Part shown: positions 36,077-46,330 of the stretch, piece after piece
Position numbering within the stretch: the stretch's first letter is position 1
Layout: each line of letters opens with the position of its first letter
DNA from: Flavobacteriales bacterium
GTDB taxonomy: Bacteria; Bacteroidota; Bacteroidia; Flavobacteriales; Flavobacteriaceae
Reading direction: 5' to 3'
DNA length: 64,000 nucleotides
Assembly: GCA_027039975.1 (NCBI GenBank)
Contig: JALWFE010000096.1
Coordinates: 14,788 to 78,787, forward strand
The notes under the pieces: generated by a model
Database searches by the model: none
What the model was told of the DNA's origin: nothing
What the model saw: only the letters and a program-made list of their open reading frames with translations
Made by a program: the position numbers and the translations under genes

Positions 36077-38438
36077 CGTTAGCAGGGTTATCAGGGAAAA
36101 TATCCAAATTATCTTTATATGATTTTTTGTTTTTAAACAAATTGTCCATAAAAATCACCAAGGCGGGTAGCAAGAGTAAATTGGTAAACATAGCTATCAA
36201 TAAAGTTAGTGAAATCAAACCGCCTAAGGCTTTGGTACCACCGTAACTGGATTGTAAAAAAGTGGCAAATCCGAAAAACAGAACGACCGAAGTATAAAAC
36301 ATACTAACACCGGTTTCTTTGAGTGATTTGTAAACGGACCGTTTGATACGTCCTTTGTGTAGTTTGAGTTCGTGACGCAATTTGGCCAAATAATGAATCG
36401 TGTCATCTACAGAAATACCGAAAGCGATACTGAAAATCAAAATAGTGGAAGGTTTAAGGGGGATACCGGCAAATCCCATCACGCCGGCAGTTATGAGCAA
36501 TGGCAAAACGTTAGGAATCAACGAGATAAGAGCCATTTTTAAGGAGCCTTTAAACATCCAAACGATGAAAAGAAAAATAAGAAAAATAGCTAAACCGAGA
36601 GAGATTATCAGATTATCTATCAAATAATGAGTCCCTTTTAAGTAAAGTTTGGCTTGTCCTGTCATTAAGACATTGTATTTTTTTGCAGGAAAATATTTAT
36701 GTCCTTTTAATTCGAGATAATCTTCCACCTTTTCCATTTGGTTGGTTTCGATATCTTTCATAAAAGCGGTTATCCTCAAATAACGTTGCAAGGAGTCGGT
36801 ATAATTTTCCAGTAATTTGGTATTACCACCGCTATTTTTCAGATAAGGCAAAATAAAATTCTTTTCGTGAACGGACGGCAATTGATAGTATTGCGGGTCA
36901 CCGTTATAAAAAGCTTGTTTGGCGTATTTGGCCAAATTGACTAATGAAACAGGGTTGGATAGTTCGGGCAAATCGGCAATTTCGTCTTGAAATTTATCCA
37001 TTCGTTTTAAAGTAGGCAACCGTAATGCGCCTTTTTTTCTTTTGGTATCAATCATAAATTCCAAAGGCAAAATACCGCCAAACTCCCGTTCAAAAAATTT
37101 GATGTCCTTATAAAATTTCCTGTTACGCGGAAAATCGGCCAACATACTTCCCGAAACTTTAATTTTGGTAGCACCTATTATGCTGAGGATCATCAATAAA
37201 ATAGCGACGCCGAAAATAGCTTTTTGTCTATGTCGAACCGTATCTGTCAGCCAATTGATAAATTTTACCAACCACGATTTTTTGTGATGTTTTAAATGAC
37301 GGTCTTTGGGTGGTTTTTTGTAACTGTAAATTATCGGTATCAATAAGATAGACAAAAAGAAAATGGACAAAATGGACAGGGAAGCCACAGTACCGAATTC
37401 GCGTAATAAGCTGTTGTTTACAATCACAAAAGTGCCAAACCCGATAGCAGTTGTAACATTAGTCATCAATATGGCATTACCGGTATTGCTGATGACCCGT
37501 TGTAGTGAACGGGCTTGGTTGCCGTGTAAGATAATTTCCTGTTGGTATTTGTTGATTAAAAAAATGGCATTAGGCACACCGATAACTATGACCAAAGGCG
37601 GAATAACGGCTGTTAGAATACTTATTTTGTATCCCAAAGCGCCCATAATCCCGAATGACCACATAACCCCGATACCGACAATTAAAAGGGATATACCCAA
37701 GGGTGAAAAAGAGCGGAAAAATAATAAGATAATAATGCCCGTAACGATAACGGAAAAAATAATAAAAAACGGTATTTCATCTTCCAACACCTTGGCATTG
37801 AGCGATTTAATATAAATAAGTCCCGAAGCTTTGATATCCGTTTGCATCTTCTTTTTAAAGACACTAATTAAAGGTTGTAACTTATCATTGATAAATGAAA
37901 TGCGTTTTTCGGAATTTACAATATCTTTTTTTAAAGCAACTACTGTTTGAACAGCTCCGTTTTTACTGTAAATCAACCCTTTATAAAACGGCAATGAGTC
38001 AAACAAACGGTTTTTGACGGCTTGGGCTTCCGCATCACTGTTTACAGGTTTTGTAAGGAATTGTTTAAGCACAAATTTTTGTTGTGCCGTATCTTTTTGC
38101 AAAACTTTCAAATTTTCAATAGAGACTACTTGGACTACTTCGGGAAAACTGCGCAATTTTTTAGATAAGTCATTCCAAGTGTTCAATTTGTCTTTGGTAA
38201 ATAAACCGGAATCTTTGACCGCTAATAAAATAAGATTATTGTCGTTTTTAAAAACCTTTTTAAACTTTAAATATTCTTGTTGGTAAGGGTCATCTTCCGG
38301 CAAAATGCTTTTTTGAGTGTAAGAGACGGAAACATAACGCCATTGCGATACGAAGAAAAGCGTTATGCCTGTAATTAAAATCAAAAAAAACAATCTGTTA
38401 CGTAAAATTAACCCGGCTATTTTATCCCAAAACCGCAT
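36069..38438 (-). CDS. MMPL/RND superfamily transporter (two 6-TM bundles with sterol-sensing-like domains)
   Basis: ~790 aa with duplicated TM bundles separated by large periplasmic loops. ATG at 38438 preferred over TTG at 38456. Confidence 0.7.
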   Translation of the reverse strand: MRFWDKIAGLILRNRLFFLILITGITLFFVSQWRYVSVSYTQKSILPEDDPYQQEYLKFKKVFKNDNNLILLAVKDSGLFTKDKLNTWNDLSKKLRSFPEVVQVVSIENLKVLQKDTAQQKFVLKQFLTKPVNSDAEAQAVKNRLFDSLPFYKGLIYSKNGAVQTVVALKKDIVNSEKRISFINDKLQPLISVFKKKMQTDIKASGLIYIKSLNAKVLEDEIPFFIIFSVIVTGIIILLFFRSFSPLGISLLIVGIGVMWSFGIMGALGYKISILTAVIPPLVIVIGVPNAIFLINKYQQEIILHGNQARSLQRVISNTGNAILMTNVTTAIGFGTFVIVNNSLLREFGTVASLSILSIFFLSILLIPIIYSYKKPPKDRHLKHHKKSWLVKFINWLTDTVRHRQKAIFGVAILLMILSIIGATKIKVSGSMLADFPRNRKFYKDIKFFEREFGGILPLEFMIDTKRKKGALRLPTLKRMDKFQDEIADLPELSNPVSLVNLAKYAKQAFYNGDPQYYQLPSVHEKNFILPYLKNSGGNTKLLENYTDSLQRYLRITAFMKDIETNQMEKVEDYLELKGHKYFPAKKYNVLMTGQAKLYLKGTHYLIDNLIISLGLAIFLIFLFIVWMFKGSLKMALISLIPNVLPLLITAGVMGFAGIPLKPSTILIFSIAFGISVDDTIHYLAKLRHELKLHKGRIKRSVYKSLKETGVSMFYTSVVLFFGFATFLQSSYGGTKALGGLISLTLLIAMFTNLLLLPALVIFMDNLFKNKKSYKDNLDIFPDNPANDD

Positions 38439-38599
38439 TTTTGTAATTTTTAGCAAAATTACAATAAAGTTTTTATTGACATTGGAAAGAAATTTTAATT
38501 TTTATATCTTTATTATAGTTTAGTATAATGGAGTTTTAACTTTTAATTTATTAAATGGATTATTAGGATTTTTTTGTATTTTTATCACAAAATTTTTTT

Positions 38600-39988
38600 A
38601 TGGAAGATATCAACACTTATTTATCACGACACAGGCAGCGTTTGTTGGACGAATTGTTTGATTTATTGCGAATTCCTTCGGTGAGCGCCGACCCTGCTTA
38701 TGTTGCCGATGTTGAAGATGCGGCATTGTTTATCAAAAATGAAATGGAAAAGACAGGTTTGGATAATGTATCTGTTGAAGAGACACCCGGTTATCCTATT
38801 GTTTACGGTGAAAAAATTATAGCCCCTTCATTACCGACGGTACTCATCTATGGACATTATGATGTGCAGCCTCCCGACCCTCTCGAATTATGGGAATCCG
38901 ACCCGTTTGACCCGGTTATCAAGAAAACTGATATCCACCCGGAAGGTGCGATTTTTGCCCGTGGAGCTTCTGACGATAAAGGTCAAATGTTTATGCACAT
39001 AAAAGCCGTTGAATATTTGTTGAAGGAAAACAAATTGCCTGTAAATGTAAAATTTATGATTGAAGGAGAAGAAGAAGTCGGTTCGCCCAGTTTATCGTGG
39101 TATGTAACACATAATCAAGACAAGTTGAAAAACGATGTTATTCTCATTTCCGATACAGGTATGATTTCCAATGATATACCTGCTATCACCACCGGATTAA
39201 GGGGATTGACTTTTGTAGAGGTGGAAGTCACCGGGCCTAACCGTGATTTGCATTCGGGGCTTTACGGCGGGGCAGTGGCCAATCCGATCAATATTTTGGC
39301 TAAAATGATTGCCGGTTTGACCGATGAAAAAAACAAAATAACTATTCCCGGTTTTTATGACAAAGTAAAAGAATTATCACCGGAAGAAAGAACCGCTATG
39401 GCTAAAACCCCGTTTGATTTGACACAATATAAAAAAGAATTGGGTATCGATGATGTTTACGGTGAAGAAGGTTATACCACTCTCGAGAGGCAAAGTATCC
39501 GTCCCAGTTTGGATGTTAACGGTATTTGGGGTGGTTATACCGGAGAAGGCGCTAAAACCATTATTCCTTCAAAAGCTTATGCAAAAATCAGTATGCGTTT
39601 GGTACCTGACCAGGAGCCGGATGAAATTGCGGATTTATTTGAAAAATATTTTACACAATTAGCTCCAAAAGCTGTAAAAATAAAGGTTAACAAATTGCAC
39701 GGCGGTTATCCGTATATAACACCAACAGACAGCCCGGGATACAAAGCGGCGGCTCTGGCAATGAAAAAAGCTTTCGGCAAAGAACCTTTGCCTATCTATT
39801 CCGGTGGCAGCATTCCTATTGTACCGTTGTTTGAAAAAGAATTAGGCAGTAAATCCATCCTTATGGGATTCGGTTTAAATTCCGATGCCATTCATTCACC
39901 TAATGAACATTACGGAGTTTTTAATTATTTTAAAGGTATTGAAACAATTTCTTATTTTTATGATTTTTATAAAGAACAATTAACTTAA
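38600..39988 (+). CDS. M20 family dipeptidase/metallo-hydrolase
   Basis: YGHYDVQP, GASDDKGQ and EGEEEVGS metal-binding motifs of M20 peptidases; 462 aa. Confidence 0.88.
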   Translation: MEDINTYLSRHRQRLLDELFDLLRIPSVSADPAYVADVEDAALFIKNEMEKTGLDNVSVEETPGYPIVYGEKIIAPSLPTVLIYGHYDVQPPDPLELWESDPFDPVIKKTDIHPEGAIFARGASDDKGQMFMHIKAVEYLLKENKLPVNVKFMIEGEEEVGSPSLSWYVTHNQDKLKNDVILISDTGMISNDIPAITTGLRGLTFVEVEVTGPNRDLHSGLYGGAVANPINILAKMIAGLTDEKNKITIPGFYDKVKELSPEERTAMAKTPFDLTQYKKELGIDDVYGEEGYTTLERQSIRPSLDVNGIWGGYTGEGAKTIIPSKAYAKISMRLVPDQEPDEIADLFEKYFTQLAPKAVKIKVNKLHGGYPYITPTDSPGYKAAALAMKKAFGKEPLPIYSGGSIPIVPLFEKELGSKSILMGFGLNSDAIHSPNEHYGVFNYFKGIETISYFYDFYKEQLT

Positions 39989-40002
39989 AAAATTATACAA
40001 TT

Positions 40003-40437
40003 ATGGCTATTTTCGACGCTTATGAAAATGCGGAATTCAGAAACAGAATTTCGGTATTGGCAACCTTGGTAAAACTTTCTTTGGCAGACGGTGTGTTGGA
40101 TGAAAACGAAATGAAAATTATCACCAAAGTAGCCAGGGATTACGGTTTAATAGATCAAGACCAACTTTTATATATCATAAAAAATTACGATAAATACACC
40201 ATCGAACCGGCTTACAATTATGATGAACGTATAGAAGAACTTTATAATCTCACTAAAATTATTTATGCCGACGGACGTATGGACGAGGAAGAACTTAAAA
40301 TCTTAAAAAATGCTATCGTAGCACTGGGATTTCCCCCGAAGAATGCTGATGTTATCTTTGAAACAGCCGTCGGATTGATAGCCGATGATGCGGATTTGGA
40401 AGCGTTTAAAAAGGCTATAAAAAAGGCCAATAAATAA
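40003..40437 (+). CDS. TerB-like (tellurite-resistance TerB / DjlA N-terminal type) domain protein
   Basis: Two repeats of the ADG.LDE.E motif (LADGVLDENEMKII, YADGRMDEEELKIL) in a 144-aa helical protein. Confidence 0.6.
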   Translation: MAIFDAYENAEFRNRISVLATLVKLSLADGVLDENEMKIITKVARDYGLIDQDQLLYIIKNYDKYTIEPAYNYDERIEELYNLTKIIYADGRMDEEELKILKNAIVALGFPPKNADVIFETAVGLIADDADLEAFKKAIKKANK

Positions 40438-40469
40438 GAATTTTTGGAATGGGAATTGGGTATTAAAGT

Positions 40470-40500
40470 CTCCTGTAATTTTTTTACAGGGGATTTTTTT
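40470..40500 (+). terminator. Rho-independent terminator after the TerB-like gene
   Basis: ctcctgtaa-ttttt-ttacagggg (9-bp stem including one G-U pair) followed by attttttt. Confidence 0.7.
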
Positions 40501-42277
40501 ATTTGGAATAGAAGTAATCGAAATCTCGCAAACTTTTGTAATATTCAATAACTGCTTTATAGTCGCTGAATTTGGTATCACCCGTATGTTCTTTGAGTTT
40601 TTTATACAGTTCTTTACGCCAAGCTTTTACGGTATTTTCACTCAATTTGTTCTTTTTAACATATTCAGACTGTGACATACCTTGAGCAATGCTTTCCCAA
40701 ACATCCAAAATCTCAATTTTATAAAGCCCGTATTTTTCTTTTAAAAATTCTCTAAAATCCGTTTTCTTTATTTCCGAACCGGAGTTTTGTTCTTTTTGAA
40801 ATAAAGAAGCGTTTAGTTTTTCAATTTTTTGAAGCATTTTTTGAAGCTCTTGCCGTTGGATGGCATATTTTTTATGATATTTTACCGCAAAAAACAATCC
40901 GGCAATAATCAAGGCTGTTAAAAAAATCAAACCGTATAATAATTTTTGTTTTTGTTGTTTTTCGTAAATGAGTTCTTGTTGCTCGGCTTTCATACGGTTC
41001 CTTAATATCATATTTTGATATTTGGTTTCTGTTCCCGAAAGGATTCTCAATCTGCGTTTATTGGTAGAATCGTTAAATTTGAGATGAAGTCGGAGGTATT
41101 TAAAAGCTTGCTCGTAATTATTTTTAGCTAAAAAAATGTCTGATAACAATTTATAATACGAGCTTTTATGTCTTATATTAAATTTTTGTTTTATCGTGTC
41201 ATTTGCGGTTAAATCCAATAATACTTGGTAAGCCTTATCATATTTTTTAAATGCCGTTAAAATTTTTGCCAGTGTGATTTTTGCCGTTACCAGTTTATCT
41301 ATAATTTTATGTTTTTCTGCTACTTCGATAGCCTTTTTTACACTCTCCAAAGCTTTATCAAACTGTTTAGTATGTAAATACACTTTGGCAATGTTATTAT
41401 AAATACTACTGATAAAAGTGTTGTTGTTGGTTTTTTTAAAAAATTCCAAAGCTATTGAATCATGGTAAAGTGCTTTTTGAGGATTGTTTAATTTTTCATA
41501 AACAACTCCCAAAGCATGGTGGTTTGAAATGTTATAAATTTTCAATTTTATTTTGGCAGAATCTTGAAGAGCTTTTAAAAAATATTTTTCGGCTGTTTTG
41601 TAATTTCCCGTTGCAAAATATTTCCAACCGAGAATATTGTTAAAAAAACTGATTCTTTCGTAATCGTGAATTTTATACGCCAGATTAACCGTTTTGATAT
41701 GGTAAATGTCGGCCAAACTGTCTTGATGGATATTCATATAAAGACGGGCCATATTGGCATATAAATTTATTAAAATTTTTTGTAAATCTTTCCGGGAAGT
41801 CGTATCGGTTTTTTTCAAAAGCGACAAAGCGTATTTGTAGTTTTTCAAAGCTTCGTCATACCGGTCTATTCTGTTGAAAATTCTACCTTGAAGTATAGAG
41901 GCTCTTATAGACCCCAACGGATAATTTATTTTTTTACAATAGTTTTTTAATTTTTCCGTCTCTTCAATGGCTTTTTTAAATTTACTTTGACGGAAAAATA
42001 ATTTTGCTTTTGCCAGTTTTGCTTTAAAATAAAGTTCTTGTAATTGTTGATTATTTCTCGTTAAGTTTATAAGTTTATCCAAATATAAGTGCTTGGTCTC
42101 TGCATTACAATTGCATTTGTACAAGGAATTGACCAGACTGTCAAAGTTTTTTTCTTTTTGTTGAATGGTTTGTGCCGATTTTATTTGTTGTAAATACCGT
42201 TCAATTTTATTCTCTTGTGCAGATGAGAATAAATAAAAACTTAAAACAAAAGACAAAATCCAAAATTTTAATGTCAT
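40499..42277 (-). CDS. TPR-repeat membrane-anchored regulator with a C-terminal LuxR/GerE-like HTH
   Basis: Signal/anchor MTLKFWILSFVLSFYLFSSAQ, multiple TPR-like repeats, one TM (LLYGLIFLTALIIAGLFFAV) and a C-terminal ...GMSQSEYVKKNKLSENTVKAWRKELYKKL. ATG at 42277. Confidence 0.55.
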   Translation of the reverse strand: MTLKFWILSFVLSFYLFSSAQENKIERYLQQIKSAQTIQQKEKNFDSLVNSLYKCNCNAETKHLYLDKLINLTRNNQQLQELYFKAKLAKAKLFFRQSKFKKAIEETEKLKNYCKKINYPLGSIRASILQGRIFNRIDRYDEALKNYKYALSLLKKTDTTSRKDLQKILINLYANMARLYMNIHQDSLADIYHIKTVNLAYKIHDYERISFFNNILGWKYFATGNYKTAEKYFLKALQDSAKIKLKIYNISNHHALGVVYEKLNNPQKALYHDSIALEFFKKTNNNTFISSIYNNIAKVYLHTKQFDKALESVKKAIEVAEKHKIIDKLVTAKITLAKILTAFKKYDKAYQVLLDLTANDTIKQKFNIRHKSSYYKLLSDIFLAKNNYEQAFKYLRLHLKFNDSTNKRRLRILSGTETKYQNMILRNRMKAEQQELIYEKQQKQKLLYGLIFLTALIIAGLFFAVKYHKKYAIQRQELQKMLQKIEKLNASLFQKEQNSGSEIKKTDFREFLKEKYGLYKIEILDVWESIAQGMSQSEYVKKNKLSENTVKAWRKELYKKLKEHTGDTKFSDYKAVIEYYKSLRDFDYFYSK

Positions 42278-42396
42278 AAAATGAATGTTAATTGAGCAAC
42301 TCAAATTTAAGAAATATCAAGGATTTTTTCAACCTGTATAGAAAGTTTGTTAAGAGAAAAACTGGATTATGAAGGGGAAAACGGAAGAAAGAAATC

Positions 42397-42807
42397 TTAC
42401 TTTTGTTTTTTTTTGTGTTTTTTAGAAAACAAAAAATCTTTGTTTATTATGACTTTGTCTTTTTCAGGTTTTTGTTGTGGTACCAGTTTGTTCAAGCTGT
42501 CGGCTTTTTGTTTTAAGTCATTGTAAATTTCTTTATAAATGACAGCTAATTTTTCGGGGTGTTGGCTGTAATAGTCGGTTGTTTTTTTAAGGCTTAAACT
42601 ATCGATGTCATATTTTTTATAGACCAAAAATATTGCATCGTTTTTTGTCGAATCTTTTTGAGGAAATTTTTCTTGGATTAAACCGGCCAAAATGATTTCT
42701 TTCAAAATTTGCTTGTAAGTCGGTTCGGGAATAAGTTTTTCCGGTTTATGTTTACATGCTTCCGCAAGTAGCAAGAACAAAATAATAATATACAATAGTT
42801 TTTTCAT
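42397..42807 (-). CDS. small lipoprotein (possibly DUF4296 family)
   Basis: Lipobox LAEAC. Size and its position next to the polyprenol-phosphate mannose synthase gene fit what I recall for DUF4296. ATG at 42807. Confidence 0.45.
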   Translation of the reverse strand: MKKLLYIIILFLLLAEACKHKPEKLIPEPTYKQILKEIILAGLIQEKFPQKDSTKNDAIFLVYKKYDIDSLSLKKTTDYYSQHPEKLAVIYKEIYNDLKQKADSLNKLVPQQKPEKDKVIINKDFLFSKKHKKKQK

Positions 42808-42812
42808 TTTTT

Positions 42813-43532
42813 TTAATCGCTTTTGCCGAAACGCATTTTTAACACACCCCAAATAGCTTCCGAAATAATACCGCCGTGCATTTTTGATTTTCCTTTTATT
42901 CTATCGGTAAAAATAATCGGAATTTCTTTGATAACAAAACCTTTTTTCCAAGCTTTATATTTCATTTCTATCTGAAAAGCATATCCGACAAATTCAATTT
43001 TATCAAAATTAAAACTTTGTAAAACTTCTTTTTTGTAACCGACAAATCCGGCAGTCGTATCTTTTACGGGTATGCCGGTAATCATTCTGACATAAATGGA
43101 AGCAAAATATGATAATAAAATACGTTTCAAATCCCAATTAACCACGTTAATCCGACCTTTCAGATAGCGTGATCCGACACTGACATCAGCTTCGTTTTTT
43201 TCTAAAACTTCCAACAATTCAATGAGTTTCACGGGAGGATGCGAAAAATCGGCATCCATTTCAAAGATATAATTGTATTGATGCTGAAGCGCCCATTTAA
43301 AACCTGCGATGTAAGCTTTACCCAAACCTTTTTTTTCAGGACGGTTAAGCAGAAAAAGTTTGTCCGAAAATTCTTTTTGTAACTGTTTGACAATTTGAGC
43401 GGTGCCATCGGGTGAATTATCATCGACGACCAAAATATCAAAATTACGTTTCAATTGAAATACCCGGTTGATAATATCCCGGATGTTATCCTTTTCGTTA
43501 TAAGTAGGAATAATTACCAATGATTTTTTCAT
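42813..43532 (-). CDS. GT2 family polyprenol-monophosphomannose synthase-like glycosyltransferase
   Basis: VIIPTYNEKDNI, VVDDNSPDGT and FEMDADFSH motifs (Dpm1/GtrB-like). An alternative ATG lies at 43541. Confidence 0.85.
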   Translation of the reverse strand: MKKSLVIIPTYNEKDNIRDIINRVFQLKRNFDILVVDDNSPDGTAQIVKQLQKEFSDKLFLLNRPEKKGLGKAYIAGFKWALQHQYNYIFEMDADFSHPPVKLIELLEVLEKNEADVSVGSRYLKGRINVVNWDLKRILLSYFASIYVRMITGIPVKDTTAGFVGYKKEVLQSFNFDKIEFVGYAFQIEMKYKAWKKGFVIKEIPIIFTDRIKGKSKMHGGIISEAIWGVLKMRFGKSD

Positions 43533-43540
43533 AGCCGGCA

Positions 43541-44893
43541 TTAGTATGCTTTATCGTCTCCTTTTACTATATGGAACGCTGTAAATAAAATAATTTTTAT
43601 ATCGAGCCATAATGACCAGTTCTCTATATAAAATAAGTCATATTTTAACCGGTTGATGATATCTTCATCGGTTTTGACTTCACCCCGGTATCCTTTTACT
43701 TGTGCCAAACCGGTAATTCCGGGTTTGATGTAATGACGATTCATAAATTTATCAATTTTTTTTAAAAAACGTTCATTTTCTTTAACCATATGCGGTCGCG
43801 GTCCTACGACTGACATTTCGCCCAAAAAAACATTGATAAATTGTGGTAATTCGTCAATACTTGTTTTTCTTAAAAATTTTCCTATTTTGGTAACTCTGTT
43901 ATCGTTTTTGCTGACTTGTTTAATATCTGCCAAATGGTTGGGATACATCGACCTGAATTTGTAACAGTTAAAAGGTTTGTAATTGATACCGTTACGTTTT
44001 TGTTTAAAAAATACAGGGCCTTTTGATTCCAATTTGATTAAAATCCCTAAAAGAGGCGTCAGCCAAGATAACAGGCAAACAATGATACAACCGGAAAAAA
44101 CCAGGTCAAAAAGCCGCTTGATAAATTTATTAACAGGTTTGTCCAGCGGTGATTTATTGAGTGATAAAACCGGATAGTAATCAAAATAATCGACTTTAAG
44201 ATGTTTGCCTAAAATTTCATTATTGTCAGGTATAAATTTAACAGACATAAAATGATTGTCTGCAAAATTTATAATATCTTTGATTTGCTCATTACTGCAT
44301 TCCTTCAACGAACAAAAAATAACATCCACCGGATTTTTATTCAAATATGCTTTCAAATCATCATAATCGCCTTGAATATCAGGACTATCACCTTTGCCAA
44401 AAAAACTGTCGAATTTGTACCCGTAATCGAGACGTGTATCCAATATATTTTTAAATTTTATGGTTTCTTCATTATATCCGACTATCAAATAAGTTCTGAC
44501 ATTGCCGCCTCTTGACCGGTAAAATTTCAGAAAAACATAAATCAAAAACTTAAAAGCAAAAATTAGTATGTTGAGTATCAACAATTTTTTAAGCAAAAAA
44601 TGATTTGACGGGTAAATGGTCAGAAAATGAAAAAATGTTACGATAGACAGGTCGAAAATCAGAACTTGTTTGAGGGTTTTACTGATAATTTCCGCCGGTT
44701 TGGTATTACGGTAAACTTCGTAAAATTTGGTAAAATAGCTGATAACAAACCAAATAGTATCAAAAATGATAAAAAATAACAATGGTTGTTTAAAGTCAAA
44801 ATAGCTGATAAACAAAAAAATCAACAAGCTGTCTATCAAATAGATTGCAGGCAGAATCAGAAAAGAATATCTATGTGATTTTTTTCTTATCAT
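43541..44893 (-). CDS. exopolysaccharide-biosynthesis polyprenyl glycosylphosphotransferase (WbaP/WcaJ-like initiating sugar transferase)
   Basis: N-terminal TM bundle, central Rossmann-like segment, and C-terminal bacterial sugar transferase domain (KRLFD..., VGPRPH, KPGITGLAQV). Confidence 0.88.
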   Translation of the reverse strand: MIRKKSHRYSFLILPAIYLIDSLLIFLFISYFDFKQPLLFFIIFDTIWFVISYFTKFYEVYRNTKPAEIISKTLKQVLIFDLSIVTFFHFLTIYPSNHFLLKKLLILNILIFAFKFLIYVFLKFYRSRGGNVRTYLIVGYNEETIKFKNILDTRLDYGYKFDSFFGKGDSPDIQGDYDDLKAYLNKNPVDVIFCSLKECSNEQIKDIINFADNHFMSVKFIPDNNEILGKHLKVDYFDYYPVLSLNKSPLDKPVNKFIKRLFDLVFSGCIIVCLLSWLTPLLGILIKLESKGPVFFKQKRNGINYKPFNCYKFRSMYPNHLADIKQVSKNDNRVTKIGKFLRKTSIDELPQFINVFLGEMSVVGPRPHMVKENERFLKKIDKFMNRHYIKPGITGLAQVKGYRGEVKTDEDIINRLKYDLFYIENWSLWLDIKIILFTAFHIVKGDDKAY

Positions 44894-44972
44894 TCTAAGC
44901 AAGTGTGTTTTGATACGCCATTGTAAATTAGTGAAAATTTGTTTAATATTTTAATAATTTCCATATTATTGT

Positions 44973-46328
44973 TCATAAAATTTCTTTCCATATTTTACGG
45001 GGTATATTGACTTGGGGGCGTCCTATTGAGGTATAATGAAAACCTAATTCTTTCATTCTTTCGGGGCGGTACAGGTTGCGACCGTCAAATATAACGAGTT
45101 GTTTCATTAACTTTTTCATTTTGTCAAAATCCGGTGTTCTAAACATATTCCATTCCGTACTAATCAAGAGGGCATCGGCATTTTCAAGAGCTTGATACAT
45201 ATTTTGGGTATATTGCAATTTTTCACCGTACTTCCGTTTGGTGTTTTCCATAGCTTCAGGGTCAAAAACTTTCACATTGGCACCGGTTTTTAGCAGTTCA
45301 TCAATCATATACAAAGCCGGAGCTTCACGTATATCATCGGTTTCGGGTTTAAAAGACAAGCCCCAAACGGCAATATTTTTACCTTTCAAATCATTATCAA
45401 AAAAAGATTTTAATTTCGGAATTAAAATGGTTCTTTGACGATTGTTGATTTCTATTACCGATTTTAATAATTTAAATTCGTAACCGTGTTCCAACCCCGT
45501 TTTATAAAAAGCTTTGACATCTTTTGGGAAACAAGAACCGCCATAACCGACGCCAGGGAATAAAAATCTTTTTCCGATACGAGAATCGGTGCCAATGCCG
45601 ATGCGTATTTTATCGACATCAGCGCCTACTTTTTCGGCAAAATTGGCTATTTCGTTCATAAAAGTAATTTTCATAGCCAAAAAGGAGTTGGCGGCATATT
45701 TGGTAACTTCGGCAGAACGCGGGTCCATTACGATAATCGGATTTCCCGTACGGACAAAAGGTTCGTATAGCAGCTGCATTTTATTCCGTGCTTTTTCCGA
45801 ATCGGTACCGATAACCACCCGTTCGGGTTTCATAAAATCGTCAACGGCAAATCCTTCCCGTAAAAATTCGGGATTGGAAACCACATCAAAATCTTTACCG
45901 GTTTTTGATTTGATAATTTGAGTTACTTTTTCTGCTGTACCTACCGGAACCGTACTTTTATTGACGATAATTTTATAAGTATTTTGCGGATTTTCTTCTA
46001 TAAACTCACCGATTTGTCCGGCAACCTCCAACACAAATGACAAATCAGCGGCACCATTTTCATCTTCGGGTGTTGGTAAAGCCAAAAAAATGATTTCTCC
46101 GAAATCCACACCTTCTTTTAATTCGGTTGTAAATTTTAAACGTCCGGCTTTAATATTACGGCGAAAAAGTGTTTCCAATCCGGGTTCGTAAATCGGGACA
46201 ATGCCTTGCTGCATTTTTTTTACTTTGTCTTTGTTGATATCCACACAAATAACTTCATTGCCCGATTCGGCAAAGCAAGTACCTGTTACCAGTCCGACAT
46301 ATCCGGTTCCAACCACCGTTATTTTCAT
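44973..46328 (-). CDS. ugd: UDP-glucose 6-dehydrogenase
   Basis: VVGTGYVGLV NAD-binding motif and GGSCFPKD catalytic Cys motif. ATG at 46328. Confidence 0.92.
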   Translation of the reverse strand: MKITVVGTGYVGLVTGTCFAESGNEVICVDINKDKVKKMQQGIVPIYEPGLETLFRRNIKAGRLKFTTELKEGVDFGEIIFLALPTPEDENGAADLSFVLEVAGQIGEFIEENPQNTYKIIVNKSTVPVGTAEKVTQIIKSKTGKDFDVVSNPEFLREGFAVDDFMKPERVVIGTDSEKARNKMQLLYEPFVRTGNPIIVMDPRSAEVTKYAANSFLAMKITFMNEIANFAEKVGADVDKIRIGIGTDSRIGKRFLFPGVGYGGSCFPKDVKAFYKTGLEHGYEFKLLKSVIEINNRQRTILIPKLKSFFDNDLKGKNIAVWGLSFKPETDDIREAPALYMIDELLKTGANVKVFDPEAMENTKRKYGEKLQYTQNMYQALENADALLISTEWNMFRTPDFDKMKKLMKQLVIFDGRNLYRPERMKELGFHYTSIGRPQVNIPRKIWKEIL

Positions 46329-46330
46329 AA

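Noticed and set aside
34800-38438. Tightly overlapping MMPL transporter - HupE/UreJ - tRNA methyltransferase genes (8-nt and 1-nt overlaps), considered as a possible novel functional module.
   Set aside because: Overlapping termini are common throughout this compact window (tadA/gpsA, the SDR/deacetylase pair, rnc and its downstream gene). The three families have no known functional link, so the evidence is insufficient to propose a system.
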